A stretch of DNA of 64,000 bases from Acidobacteriota bacterium (GTDB lineage: Bacteria > Acidobacteriota > CAIWXX01). Positions within the stretch are counted from its first letter, which is position 1, and the number at the start of each line of letters is the position of its first letter. The DNA lies in the NCBI GenBank assembly GCA_040755995.1, contig JBFMAF010000041.1:78248-142247 (forward strand), read 5' to 3'. Shown piece after piece: positions 8,912 to 19,325 of the stretch. The notes under the pieces are model-generated. The model searched no databases. It was not told where the DNA came from and saw nothing but the letters and a program-made list of their open reading frames with translations. The translations under genes were made by a program, and so were the position numbers.

Positions 8912-10222
8912 ATGAGGAAGTTCCACATCGAGACGTTCGGATGCCAGATGAACGTCCATGACAGTGAGAAGATCGCCGGTCTGTTGTCGCTCGCCGGATA
9001 CGGACGCGCGGAGAGCGAGGAACAGGCCACGCTGCACGTCGTGAACACCTGCTCCGTGCGGGAGAAAGCGGAGAGCAAGCTTCACAGCTACCTGGGCAGA
9101 CTGGGCAGGCGCAAGAGGGAAGGGGACGACCTTGTGATCGGCGTGATGGGCTGTGTGGCCCAGCAGGAGGGGCGCGATCTGCTCTGTCAAGCCCCGTATG
9201 TCGATTTCGTACTGGGCACCCATCAGTTGTCCGCCGTCGGCGATGTCATGCGCCAGATCGAGGAGACGCGTGCGCCTGTGGTGCAGACAGCCATGGTTGC
9301 CGAGCTCGACGAGCTGGCCCCCTCGGTGGCGGAACGTGCCCACCCGGGACGCGCCTACGTGACGATCATGGAGGGGTGCAACAAGTTCTGCACCTTTTGC
9401 GTCGTCCCCTACACCAGAGGACGCGAACGGTGTCGATCTTTCGAGAGCATCCTGGCCGAGATCGAATACCTCGCGGGCTCTGGCGCGCGTGAGATCCAAC
9501 TGCTCGGGCAAAACGTCAATTGCTGGCGCGACGGCAATCGCCGGTTCATCGATCTCCTTCGGGCGGTCGAGGTTACCCAAGTCGAATGGCTTAGGTTCAT
9601 CACCTCGCATCCCGCGCACTTCGGAGAGGAGCTGGCCGAGTGGATGGCCCAGTCCACGAAGCTCTGCCCGCAGCTCCATCTGCCGCTGCAATCCGGGAGC
9701 GATGAGGTGCTGTCCAGGATGCGCCGTGAATACAACTGCGACGAGTTTCGACGGAAGATCTCGGATCTCCGCATGCGCATACCATCCATCGCGCTCTCAA
9801 CGGACATCATCGCCGGGTTTCCGGGCGAGACAGACGAGGACTTCGCAAGGACGATGGAGGTTTGCCGGGAGATCCGCTTCGACTCGATGTTCTCCTTTGT
9901 CTACTCGCCCCGGCGCTACACCGCCGCCGGGCGCTGGACCGATGACGTGCCGGCTGAAATCAAGCTGCTCAGACTGCGATCACTACAGGAAATGCAGAGG
10001 CAGATTCAAACGGAGACGAACCGTGCTCTCGTTCAGCGCGAGATGAGAGTGCTGGTGGACGGCAGGAGCAAGAAGAGCCCTCATGTATACTGCGGCCGCA
10101 GCGCGTGCAATCGAGTTGTGAATTTCGTTGCACCGGCCCCACCCAGGCCGGGGGATTTCGCGCGGGTGCGCATCACCAACTCGGGCCCGAACAGCTTGTT
10201 CGGTGAAGCGATGGGCAGTTGA
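8912..10222 (+). CDS. miaB: tRNA-2-methylthio-N6-dimethylallyladenosine synthase
   Basis: TFGCQMNVHDSE, NTCSVREKAE, GCNKFCTFCVVPYTRG, C-terminal TRAM domain. Confidence 0.96.
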   Translation: MRKFHIETFGCQMNVHDSEKIAGLLSLAGYGRAESEEQATLHVVNTCSVREKAESKLHSYLGRLGRRKREGDDLVIGVMGCVAQQEGRDLLCQAPYVDFVLGTHQLSAVGDVMRQIEETRAPVVQTAMVAELDELAPSVAERAHPGRAYVTIMEGCNKFCTFCVVPYTRGRERCRSFESILAEIEYLAGSGAREIQLLGQNVNCWRDGNRRFIDLLRAVEVTQVEWLRFITSHPAHFGEELAEWMAQSTKLCPQLHLPLQSGSDEVLSRMRREYNCDEFRRKISDLRMRIPSIALSTDIIAGFPGETDEDFARTMEVCREIRFDSMFSFVYSPRRYTAAGRWTDDVPAEIKLLRLRSLQEMQRQIQTETNRALVQREMRVLVDGRSKKSPHVYCGRSACNRVVNFVAPAPPRPGDFARVRITNSGPNSLFGEAMGS

Positions 10223-10386
10223 CAGTTGTCAGTTGACAGCGGGCGATGGTCGGCCGAGAGGCAGCGGCAGTCGAGTGACGGCTCCCTTTCGCTTGACTCG
10301 GCCGGGTTGTAGAGCCTGCGGCTCCTCCGCGGCCGACAACTGCTTCTCCGGCAACTGACAACCGACAACTACCGACTGCTACTGCT
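10216..10386. repeat. Inverted heptamer arrays (CAGTTGN)n ... (NCAACTG)n after miaB
   Basis: CAGTTGA CAGTTGT CAGTTGA overlaps the stop codon; GCAACTG ACAACCG ACAACTA from 10351, then a T tract. Confidence 0.7.
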
Positions 10387-10596
10387 CTTTTTCACTTGAC
10401 CCATCGGCGTTGTCGGCGATACACTGCCGCGCGTGGTGTGTGGTCGCAGTGGAGTCGACGAGCCTCGTGCTGCAGAGGCCGCGCCTCGCCGGACGATCGC
10501 ATCGCCTCACCAGGCGACCGCATCCCGGAGTTTTTCTCAAACAAAACCGTTCATACTGGTTCGGCTCTGAACCCCATCTCATAAGGAGTGTATCGC

Positions 10597-11883
10597 ATGG
10601 AGAAGAAGCCGTTCAACGCTTTCGAAATGGCCCAGCAGCAGTTCGACGCCGTGGCCGAGAAGCTCGGTCTCGACGCGCCCACCAAGGATCTCCTGCGGAA
10701 TCCGCTACGCGAGTACCACTTCATGATCCCAGTCCGCATGGACGATGGATCGTACCAGGTTTTCAAAGGATTCCGCGTCCAGCACAGCGACGCGAGAGGG
10801 CCGTGCAAGGGCGGCATCCGGTTCCATCCACATGAGACCGTAGACACAGTCCGGGCATTGGCCATGTGGATGACCTGGAAATGCGCCGTGGTCGATATCC
10901 CGCTGGGAGGCGGCAAGGGTGGAGTCATCTGCGATCCGCACAACCTGAGCGAGCGCGAGCAGGAGGGGATCTGCCGTGGCTGGGTGCGCCAGGTCGCACT
11001 GAACGTCGGCCCCGTGCAGGACGTCCCGGCCCCCGACGTGATGACGCATGGCCAGCACATGTTGTGGATGCTCGATGAGTTCGAGAGAATCCGCGGCGGG
11101 CGCTACCCGGGGTTCATAACGGGCAAGCCGGTCGGAATCGGCGGATCGCTCGGCCGCACCGAAGCCACCGGCTACGGCGTGATGTACACTGTGCGCGAGG
11201 CCATGGAGGAGCTTGGGATCGATATCAGCAAGACCGCGGCCGCTTTCCAGGGTTTCGGCAACGTCTCCCAGTACGCGGTGCGCCTGTACAAGCAGTACGG
11301 GGGGCGCGTCGTATGCGTGTCGTGCTGGGACCAGAAAGACCAGACTTCCTACACGTTCCGCCGTGAGTCGGGTGTGGATCCGGACGAGCTGGTCTCGATC
11401 ACGGACAAGTTCGGCTCGATCGACAAGGAGAAGGCGAGGGCCGGTGGCTATGAGATACTCCCCGGCGATGCGTGGATCGAGCAGGAGGTCGACCTCCTGG
11501 TTCCGGCTGCGCTCGAGAACCAGGTGACCGGAGCCCTCGTTGGCCGCATCCACAAGCGCGTGAAGATGATCGCGGAAGGCGCTAACGGCCCGACGACCCC
11601 GGACGCGGACACTGTCATCAAAGAACGCGGCATCTTCCTGATCCCCGACTTCCTGTGCAACGCAGGCGGAGTCACCTGCAGCTATTTCGAGCAGGTCCAG
11701 TGCAACATGAATCACTACTGGACTGTCGGCGAGGTGCTCGGCCAGCTGGATTCCAAGATGACCAGTGCGTTCAAGGCGGTTTCGGAAATGGCGCGTACGA
11801 AGAACGTGTACATGCGCGACGCAGCCTACATGATCTCGATCTCGCGCGTGGCCGAGGCGTGCCACCTGCGCGGTTGGGTGTAG
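10597..11883 (+). CDS. gdhA: Glu/Leu/Phe/Val dehydrogenase, probably glutamate dehydrogenase
   Basis: KGGIRFHP, MTWKCAVVDIPLGGGKGG, DVPAPD, GRTEATGYG, QGFGNV, EGANGPTT; AAGGAG RBS. Confidence 0.93.
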   Translation: MEKKPFNAFEMAQQQFDAVAEKLGLDAPTKDLLRNPLREYHFMIPVRMDDGSYQVFKGFRVQHSDARGPCKGGIRFHPHETVDTVRALAMWMTWKCAVVDIPLGGGKGGVICDPHNLSEREQEGICRGWVRQVALNVGPVQDVPAPDVMTHGQHMLWMLDEFERIRGGRYPGFITGKPVGIGGSLGRTEATGYGVMYTVREAMEELGIDISKTAAAFQGFGNVSQYAVRLYKQYGGRVVCVSCWDQKDQTSYTFRRESGVDPDELVSITDKFGSIDKEKARAGGYEILPGDAWIEQEVDLLVPAALENQVTGALVGRIHKRVKMIAEGANGPTTPDADTVIKERGIFLIPDFLCNAGGVTCSYFEQVQCNMNHYWTVGEVLGQLDSKMTSAFKAVSEMARTKNVYMRDAAYMISISRVAEACHLRGWV

Positions 11884-12089
11884 ACTCCGTGAGGGGGCGC
11901 CTTGAAGCGGGCGCGCCCTTCACCGATAATTGAGTGCGATGACACCGGGGCGGCGCCGGATACCTGGGCCGGCGCACGCCGGCGGTGCTCAGCCGTCTTG
12001 CCCGCTCGACCTCGCGGGCCATGGCAGTTCGATCTGGTCCTTCGCCGGCTCGCGAGAACGGGTGACCGCATGAGGAAGGGAGATCGGAG

Positions 12090-14843
12090 ATGGAGACACT
12101 CATCGATCAGGATGCGTTCCCCAGTGGCCCGCTGCGAGAGCGAGTCAAGGAGCTCAAATGCCTCCACGGAGTGATCGAGCTGACCGAGCGAACGGAGCTC
12201 TCCCGCGAGCAGATCCTTCAGGGCATCGTCGATCTCATCCCTGAGGGGTGGCAGTATCCGGAGGTATGCCGGGCCCGCGTGACGCTCCGTGATGTCTCCT
12301 TCAACACCGCCGGCTTCACCCTCACCCCCTGGCTCCAGCGCGCCTCGCTCAAGGTCAACGGCACGCCGATCGGCACGCTCGAGGTCTGCTATCTCGAGAA
12401 CCGGTCTGCCCATCGAGACGACCCGTTTCTCCTGGAAGAGAAGAAGCTGATCGAGCTCATCGGCAAGAAGCTCAGCCGCCGCATCGAGGAATGGGAGATC
12501 GGGCCCGCGCCGCGCCCTCCGAGCCAGAAGGAGTTGGCCGCGCTCAGGCCCGAGTGGCAGATCGTGCTCGATCTTCTGAAAGAAACCGACAGTGTTCTGT
12601 ACAAGCGCATCCTCCGCAGGCTCATGAACCACCTGGACCGCAACGGCGTGCCGGGCGTCCAGGGCCTCGTGCTCCAGTTCAACCCCGCCTACCAGGAAGA
12701 TGATTCCGGAGCGCGAGGCGACAACCAGCCTTTGCCGAAACGCGATGTGCTGACGCTGGAGAAGGTGTTCGATGAGGCCATCTGGATCGCCTCAATTGCG
12801 ATGCCCGACGACGAGATGTCGGCGCTGATCAAGAAATGGATGCGACAGGACAAGTTCGCGTACCTCATCTTTGCAACCGACAAGCGCGACATTTCGAGAA
12901 CAGAAATATCCGACATCCTTGGCCGGTTCTGCCGTGCCACGCGGCCCGATGAACAGTCTCTGTCGTCCTCGGGAGACCTCAATGTCCGCGTCGCCCTCAT
13001 ACGGCGATTTCTGAGCGAGCGGCTCTCGTTCATCCGGATCGCCAAGGAGTACATGACGATCCACGACTTCGGACGGATCTTGAGCCAGGTCCTCGGACCC
13101 ACACAGGGCACCGGCAAGCTCGGCGGCAAGGCCGCCGGGCTGGTGCTCGCCGAGCATGTGCTTCGCGACCGGGTCAGGGGCAACCATATCGCAGGGAAGT
13201 TCCGGGTCCCTCAGACACGGTTCATTACTTCGGACGGACTGATGGATTTCATACACAACAACTACCTCGAGGATATGCTCGGCTTCAAGTTCTCGGGCAT
13301 CGAGGAAATCCGGCACAATTTCCCGTATATCGAACAGCTGTTCAAACACTCCCATCCGTCCCCTGAGATCGTCAGCCAGCTGAAAGTTGCGATCGAGGAG
13401 CTGGGCGAGGGTCCTCTGATTGTGCGGTCCTCCAGCCTGCTGGAGGACAGCGAGGGCTCGGCGTTCTCCGGCAAGTACCGCAGCCTGTTCCTGCCCAACA
13501 TCGGAACTCGCGACGAACGCCTGGCGGCGCTCACCGATGCCATCGCGGAGGTGTACGCGTCGATTTTCGGTCCCGACGCCATCCAGTATCGCGCCGAGCG
13601 CGGTCTGTTGGACTACATGGAGGAGATGGGCATTCTGATCCAGCGGGTTGTCGGAAGGCGAGTTGGCAAGTACTTCTTCCCGGCGTTCGCCGGTGTGTCC
13701 TTCAGCACGAATGAATTCCGCTGGTCGCCGCGTGTGCGCCGCGAAGACGGCGTGCTTAGAATCGTCACCGGACTGGGGACTCGCGCTGTTGACAGGGTTG
13801 GCGACGACTACCCGGTGCTGATCAGCCCGGGGCAGCCGGGCATCCGCGTGAACGTCACGCCCCAGCAGGTCGTGCACTACGCGCAGAAGAACATCGACCT
13901 GATCAATCTCGAGAGCGGCCGCTTCGAGACGCACAGCATCGATGAGATTCTCAAGGAGGTCGGCGACCAGTTCCCGTGTTGGGATTGGGTCATGTCGGTC
14001 TATGACGGCACAACCGTGCGGAAGCCCAGCCGCGCGATGGTGCATCCGGGACGCGATCCGATGGTGGTGACGTTCGCCGGGCTGATCGAGAACACTCCGT
14101 TTCTGAAGCAGCTGAAGGAGATCATGCGAATCCTGCGGGAGGCCATGGGATACCCTGTGGACGTGGAATTCGCGCACGACGGCGCCGATCTCCACATCCT
14201 GCAGTGCAGGCCGCAGAGCCGGGCCGAGGATGAACAGCGAGTGACCATCCCGCAGTGGATTCCGGAAAAACGGAAGCTATTCTCCGCGCACAAGTACGTC
14301 ACGAACGCGCATGTCAGGGATATCAAGACGATTGTGTACGTCGACGCTGCCAGGTACGCACAGCTCGCGTCGCTCGGCGACATGGTGGCTGTCGGCGATG
14401 CTGTGAGCCGGCTCAACTCCATGCTCCCCCGCCGCTCGTTCATCCTCATCGGGCCGGGGCGCTGGGGCAGCCGCGGGGACATCCGGCTTGGAGTCCGCGT
14501 CACCTACTCGGACATCAACAACGCCGCCATGCTCATCGAGGTCGCCCGAAAGGTTGGCAACTACGTCCCGGATCTGTCGTTCGGCACTCACTTCTTTCAA
14601 GATCTGGTGGAAGCGCGCATCCGGTATCTGGCCTTGTACCCGGATGAAGAAGGGGCCGTTTTCGCCGAGCAGTTCTTCCATAAGGCGCCCAGCGTCCTGA
14701 CAGAGCTGTTGCCCGAATACGAGTACCTGGCGGATGTCGTGCGAGTCATCGACGTGCCGGCAGCCACCGGCGGTTGCGAACTGAACGTGGTGATGGACGG
14801 CGAGGGTGAACAGGCGCTGGCCTATCTGGTCGAGAAACACTGA
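12090..14843 (+). CDS. PEP/pyruvate-binding-domain (PPDK_N) family protein with an N-terminal GAF-like domain
   Basis: GKLGGKAAGL, PLIVRSSSLLED..FSGKY, GLGTRAV, PVDVEFA, LQCRPQ; C-terminal GPGRWGS...SFGTHFFQDL; N-terminal RERVKELKCL...GWQYPE. Confidence 0.88.
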   Translation: METLIDQDAFPSGPLRERVKELKCLHGVIELTERTELSREQILQGIVDLIPEGWQYPEVCRARVTLRDVSFNTAGFTLTPWLQRASLKVNGTPIGTLEVCYLENRSAHRDDPFLLEEKKLIELIGKKLSRRIEEWEIGPAPRPPSQKELAALRPEWQIVLDLLKETDSVLYKRILRRLMNHLDRNGVPGVQGLVLQFNPAYQEDDSGARGDNQPLPKRDVLTLEKVFDEAIWIASIAMPDDEMSALIKKWMRQDKFAYLIFATDKRDISRTEISDILGRFCRATRPDEQSLSSSGDLNVRVALIRRFLSERLSFIRIAKEYMTIHDFGRILSQVLGPTQGTGKLGGKAAGLVLAEHVLRDRVRGNHIAGKFRVPQTRFITSDGLMDFIHNNYLEDMLGFKFSGIEEIRHNFPYIEQLFKHSHPSPEIVSQLKVAIEELGEGPLIVRSSSLLEDSEGSAFSGKYRSLFLPNIGTRDERLAALTDAIAEVYASIFGPDAIQYRAERGLLDYMEEMGILIQRVVGRRVGKYFFPAFAGVSFSTNEFRWSPRVRREDGVLRIVTGLGTRAVDRVGDDYPVLISPGQPGIRVNVTPQQVVHYAQKNIDLINLESGRFETHSIDEILKEVGDQFPCWDWVMSVYDGTTVRKPSRAMVHPGRDPMVVTFAGLIENTPFLKQLKEIMRILREAMGYPVDVEFAHDGADLHILQCRPQSRAEDEQRVTIPQWIPEKRKLFSAHKYVTNAHVRDIKTIVYVDAARYAQLASLGDMVAVGDAVSRLNSMLPRRSFILIGPGRWGSRGDIRLGVRVTYSDINNAAMLIEVARKVGNYVPDLSFGTHFFQDLVEARIRYLALYPDEEGAVFAEQFFHKAPSVLTELLPEYEYLADVVRVIDVPAATGGCELNVVMDGEGEQALAYLVEKH

Positions 14844-14871
14844 CGACGCTTTACCACCTTCATTTCTCAAC

Positions 14872-14913
14872 GTGATCGTGAACGTGGACGTGAATGTCGA
14901 CGTCGACGTTCAC
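14872..14913. repeat. Palindromic hexamer array (GTGAAC type)
   Basis: GTGATC GTGAAC GTGGAC GTGAAT GTCGAC GTCGAC GTTCAC. Confidence 0.75.
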
Positions 14914-14957
14914 GGCCCCGATGATGGATCCGCAGGACACCGGTCCCACCGCTGTAC

Positions 14958-14986
14958 TTGACACTCCGGGGGGGTCAACCTATATT
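14958..14986 (+). promoter_or_regulatory. Sigma-70 promoter
   Basis: TTGACA-17-TATATT. Confidence 0.7.
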
Positions 14987-15011
14987 TGGTACATCAGGTT
15001 GGGAGAGCGAC

Positions 15012-15497
15012 ATGGAAATCGAGATGAAGATCAAGGGCCTCATGATAGATCCGATCACAAACATGCCCATCGTGATCCTGCGCGAAAAGGAAGGCAACAA
15101 GGTCCTCCCTATCTGGGTGGGGATTTTCGAGGCCAATGCGATTGCTCTTCAGATCGAGAACATCCAGACACCGAGACCGATGACCCACGACCTTCTGAAG
15201 AACGTCATCGTCGACATGAAGGCGTCCGTCAGCAAGATAGTAGTGAATCAGCTGCGGGAGAACACATTCTACGCGCTGATCTTTCTGGAATACAACGGCG
15301 AGCTCATTCGGATCGACGCTCGCCCATCCGATGCCATCGCTCTCGCGCTGCGCACTGAATCTCCGATATACGTCGAGGACGAGGTCATCGCAACTGCCAA
15401 GACCGCGGACATGGACCAGGAATCAAGCGAGACGGAACGCCTGCAGAAGTGGCTTGAGAACCTGGACCCGCAGGAGATGGGCAAGTACAAGATGTAG
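15012..15497 (+). CDS. Bifunctional nuclease family protein (DUF151)
   Basis: LPIWVGIFEANAI, PRPMTHDL, IDARPSDAIALALR. Confidence 0.93.
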   Translation: MEIEMKIKGLMIDPITNMPIVILREKEGNKVLPIWVGIFEANAIALQIENIQTPRPMTHDLLKNVIVDMKASVSKIVVNQLRENTFYALIFLEYNGELIRIDARPSDAIALALRTESPIYVEDEVIATAKTADMDQESSETERLQKWLENLDPQEMGKYKM

Positions 15498-15701
15498 TCA
15501 CGGCGGGCCGCCGGCCGAGAGATGTCGTTGGGCTGCCTGGGCACCGGCCGCGCGATCTGCCTGATCGGTGTGGTCTGGCGGATGCCGGCCAGCGGTCTGA
15601 TGGGGATGGCGACCCACCAAGGGCAAACGATCACACTGCGCATCCGCGCATCCGCCGGACTGTTGCGCGACGGCACCGAATCGCGGTATAGTTCTGCCGT
15701 C

Positions 15702-16457
15702 GTGATTATCAGCATCGCGAACCAGAAGGGCGGGGTTGGGAAGACGACGACGGCGGTGAATCTGGTCGCGGCCCTGGCATTCAAGGGGCATCGCAGTCTG
15801 CTCGTAGACATGGACCCGCAGTCCAACAGCACGATGAGTTTCGTCGATCCGCAGACCGTCGAGCGTTCCATGTATGACGTCCTGGTGGACAAGCAGTGCA
15901 CGATGGAGCAGGTGATCAGGCCCACGACCGTCCTCGGGCTCGACATCGCGCCGTCGAGGATTTCGATGGCGAAACTGGAGACGAAGCTCCTGGGAGAGGT
16001 CGACGGCCACTATAGGTTGAAGGACCGGCTCGACGAGGTCCGGCAGCGGTATTCGTTTGTAGTAATCGACACACCGCCGACACTCGGCCTGATCACCGTC
16101 AACGCCCTCGTGGCCGCGACGCACCTGCTCATTCCCATCCAGTCCTCGTACTTCGCGCTCGAAGGCACTGACGACCTGCTCGAGACTGTGGACAAGGTGA
16201 AGTCGCGCCCCAATCCAGGATTGAAGATCCTGGGCGTGCTCGTAACTCTGCACGACAGGCGTACTGCGATCGCGCGCGACAGCCTGGCCGCCATTCGCAA
16301 TCTCTTCGGCGACAAGGTATTCAAGACGGTGATCACGAAGAGCGTGCGGCTGGAAGAGAGCCCTGCATACAAGGAAACCATTTTCACGTACGCACCGGAC
16401 TCGTCGGGGGCCGTGGAGTACGATCAACTCACCGAGGAGATACTGAGCTGTGCTTAA
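15702..16457 (+). CDS. parA: ParA/Soj family ATPase
   Basis: NQKGGVGKTTT, DMDPQSN, IDTPPTLG, SVRLEESP. Confidence 0.93.
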   Translation: MIISIANQKGGVGKTTTAVNLVAALAFKGHRSLLVDMDPQSNSTMSFVDPQTVERSMYDVLVDKQCTMEQVIRPTTVLGLDIAPSRISMAKLETKLLGEVDGHYRLKDRLDEVRQRYSFVVIDTPPTLGLITVNALVAATHLLIPIQSSYFALEGTDDLLETVDKVKSRPNPGLKILGVLVTLHDRRTAIARDSLAAIRNLFGDKVFKTVITKSVRLEESPAYKETIFTYAPDSSGAVEYDQLTEEILSCA

Positions 16458-17313
16458 GAAGGCGGGATTGCCGACTCACCTGCGCTTGCGCCACGATTTC
16501 CATTTCGTGGAGGAACTGACAAAGAAGGGGCCCGCTCTGGTTGCACGTATGCTCCCGATCGACAGAATTGATCCCAACCCGAAACAGCCCCGCTATGAGA
16601 TCGGGGACATATCCGAGCTGACCCTGTCGATCAAAGAGAAGGGGATCATCGAGCCCCTGGTCGTGCGTTACGTGGAGGGGCGCTATCAGCTGATCTCCGG
16701 AGAACGTCGCTATCGGGCGGCGATCGAGGCGGGGTTGTCGGAAGTCCCGTGTGTCGAACGGGAGGCGGATGATCGCGAGGCCCTGGAACTGGCCCTGGTC
16801 GAGAACCTCCAGCGCAAGGACCTGACCCCGTTCGAGGAAGCCGACGGGTTCAGGACTTTGTGCGATCAGTTCGGCCACACACACGCAGACGTGGCGCGAA
16901 GCATCGGCAAGGCGCGTAATTCGGTGACGGAGACGATCCGGTTGAGCGATGTCCCGGAGCACATCAGGGAGCTATGTCGGCGCGCCGACATCACCGCTCG
17001 CTCCGCGCTGCTCCAGATAGCCAAGTGCACTACGCAGGAAGAGATGGCTGCGCTGATCCATCGCACAGCCAGCCAGCGTCTCACGCGTGACGGCATACGC
17101 GAGCTCAGAAGAGACCCCGCGCGGAAGTGGGGCTTCACCTATCATTTCAAGACGGACGACGGCAAGTTCTCGTGCCAGATCCGGTACAAGAAAGAGGGCG
17201 CGACGAAGGAAGAGGTGATCGCCCGCCTTCGGGAGTTGCTCGCGAGCATCGAGTCCGGCGAGGTCCGGCTCGCGGCCGAGCAGGGCGCACTGTTCGGAGA
17301 GACAGAGGAGTGA
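16450..17313 (+). CDS. parB: ParB/Spo0J family protein
   Basis: PNPKQPR, ISGERRYRA, LVENLQRKDL, HTH; overlaps the parA stop. Confidence 0.93.
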   Translation: MLKKAGLPTHLRLRHDFHFVEELTKKGPALVARMLPIDRIDPNPKQPRYEIGDISELTLSIKEKGIIEPLVVRYVEGRYQLISGERRYRAAIEAGLSEVPCVEREADDREALELALVENLQRKDLTPFEEADGFRTLCDQFGHTHADVARSIGKARNSVTETIRLSDVPEHIRELCRRADITARSALLQIAKCTTQEEMAALIHRTASQRLTRDGIRELRRDPARKWGFTYHFKTDDGKFSCQIRYKKEGATKEEVIARLRELLASIESGEVRLAAEQGALFGETEE

Positions 17314-17353
17314 GTGGAAGCGGGCGTGCCCGCATGAAGATTGAGTAGGCGAG

Positions 17354-19261
17354 ATGGGATTGCTCGGCAAGATCTTTGGAGCAAACAAGAAGACCACACG
17401 GCCGGCAGCGCCGCGGAAGGCTCAGCCCCTGAGCCTGTCGCGCTTGTCCCCCTCGGAGGCGCGGCTGCAGGAGCTCCTGGAGAAGACTCCGAAGGCTCGC
17501 GCCAGAGCAGCCAAGAGCCCGTCGCCATCGGCGCCGGCGGCGCCTCCTCCGGCGCAAGCCGCGCACTCTGCGATCTCAGCTCTCTTCACCGACAGCTCCA
17601 CGGACCACCTCAGCCGCTACGTGGGTGCCGGCGCGGTCTTCGAGAGAGAGCTGCGCGAGATCCAGGCAAATCTGATCGAGCTGGATGATCGCGAGCTCGA
17701 CGGCCGCATCACCCAGGTCATCGAGCGCCTGCAGGCATGCTGTGGCCCCGGAGTTCCAAATGGCGAACAGATCCCGGCGGATGCGCGCGGCGACCTGTAC
17801 GACCTCTTGCTCGATTCGCTGTCGATCGCCAAGTTCCCGAAGTCCCGAGCCTCGCTGAGGCCGCTGCTGGAGGTCGACCTGAGACAGGCTGTCCACGAGA
17901 CGCAGGGCCAGCTCTCCAAGAAGATTCTCTCGCACCTCAATTGCAGCAACATCCTCGAGATCGCGAAGCTGCGCGAGCTGCAACGGTTCTTTCGGCAAAA
18001 CCCGTCGCTCTCTGAACATGTGGCGATCGACAAGGTCTGGGAGTACCAGCTCACGCCGACGCAGTACAAGTTCTTCCAGATAGTCGGGGAGAAGTATCCG
18101 AGTCTTCGCGGGCTGCCCGAGATATTCCAGACGATGAGCGACGCCCAGATCTACTCGTTGACGCAGCACGTGTATGGGCGCCCCGAGGCTGAGTTCCGGG
18201 CGAATCTTGCCAAGATGCGGATCCTCCGCGACCGGCGGTCTCCTGAAGCCGAGCTCCAGAGGATCTTCACCGAACAGTTCGAGCGGTTCGTAGTCGGGCT
18301 GCCGGGGCCGCTGCAAGAGCGGCTGGCGGCGCTGCCGAGAGAGCCCCACGAGAGCTGGACGCGCGCCATTGCAGGAGTGATCGTCGAGCACATCGACAGC
18401 GTGGCCAGGCAGTCCGACGTAATCGATGCCAGCGCGCTGGAGAAGGATCGCTGGGCCGTCGCTCAGCTGGTCGAGAAGGGCATGTTCAATGCGGTAGCCG
18501 AGCTGCTCGAGAAGTTCACGACACGTGCCGCACAGCCCAGGGAGCTCGTCTTCGAGCTCCAGAAACGGAACACGCGCTACTTCTGCAGGCACGCACCTTA
18601 CTGGGTTGCGATCGTCGAGGTGATCGCGCGCAACCGCGACCAGGTGATCATCGACGGCAACCTGAGCGGCGAGGGGCCGCTTGGCGGCGTGCCGGTCGAA
18701 AGGGAGCGAATCAACGTATCCGAGAGAATCCGACTGAGCCTCAAGGACAGGGATTTCTCCTCGGTGAGCGACAGCGAGATCGCGGAGAAGACCGAACGCG
18801 GCGTTCAGATGCTCGGAAAGAAACTCTCACAGACCGGGAACTTCCTGAGTCTGTTCTACGAGACTCTCTACAGCAGCAAACCCCCGTCCATAGATGAGAT
18901 TGAGTATCTCCCACGATCGATCAGGGCGATTCAGACGGAGGGGCTCGAGGAAACGAATGCCGCGTTGGCCACGGATGGAAAGGAGCTGCGTCCGACCGAG
19001 GAAGAGATCTTCTCGACGCTCAACAACCTCGAACCTGTCCTTGATCTCTACCCGGCGCTTCGGGAGAAGGGCGGTCTTGATGCATATATCTACCAGAGGT
19101 ACGAGGCGACGAAGAAGGAACAGGTCACGCCGGCAGAGGCCGTCGCCAGGCGGCGCGAAGTTGCGGAGCGGCTGAACATTGCGATCAGCCAGGTGCTGAT
19201 GCCGTGGCTGAAGCGGTGTCGAGAGAACCTCGAGAGTGCGCTGGCCGCGGGGGAGACTTAG
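17354..19261 (+). CDS. Hypothetical, mostly helical protein (635 aa)
   Basis: Long ORF with protein-like composition; N-terminal MGLLGKIFG and Pro/Ala linker; no family recognised. Confidence 0.8.
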   Translation: MGLLGKIFGANKKTTRPAAPRKAQPLSLSRLSPSEARLQELLEKTPKARARAAKSPSPSAPAAPPPAQAAHSAISALFTDSSTDHLSRYVGAGAVFERELREIQANLIELDDRELDGRITQVIERLQACCGPGVPNGEQIPADARGDLYDLLLDSLSIAKFPKSRASLRPLLEVDLRQAVHETQGQLSKKILSHLNCSNILEIAKLRELQRFFRQNPSLSEHVAIDKVWEYQLTPTQYKFFQIVGEKYPSLRGLPEIFQTMSDAQIYSLTQHVYGRPEAEFRANLAKMRILRDRRSPEAELQRIFTEQFERFVVGLPGPLQERLAALPREPHESWTRAIAGVIVEHIDSVARQSDVIDASALEKDRWAVAQLVEKGMFNAVAELLEKFTTRAAQPRELVFELQKRNTRYFCRHAPYWVAIVEVIARNRDQVIIDGNLSGEGPLGGVPVERERINVSERIRLSLKDRDFSSVSDSEIAEKTERGVQMLGKKLSQTGNFLSLFYETLYSSKPPSIDEIEYLPRSIRAIQTEGLEETNAALATDGKELRPTEEEIFSTLNNLEPVLDLYPALREKGGLDAYIYQRYEATKKEQVTPAEAVARRREVAERLNIAISQVLMPWLKRCRENLESALAAGET

Positions 19262-19325
19262 CGAGGCGCGGCCTTGGACCGATGAATCTGCTGGGCCGCT
19301 CCGGTAACAGAGTGGGAGGGCGCGT

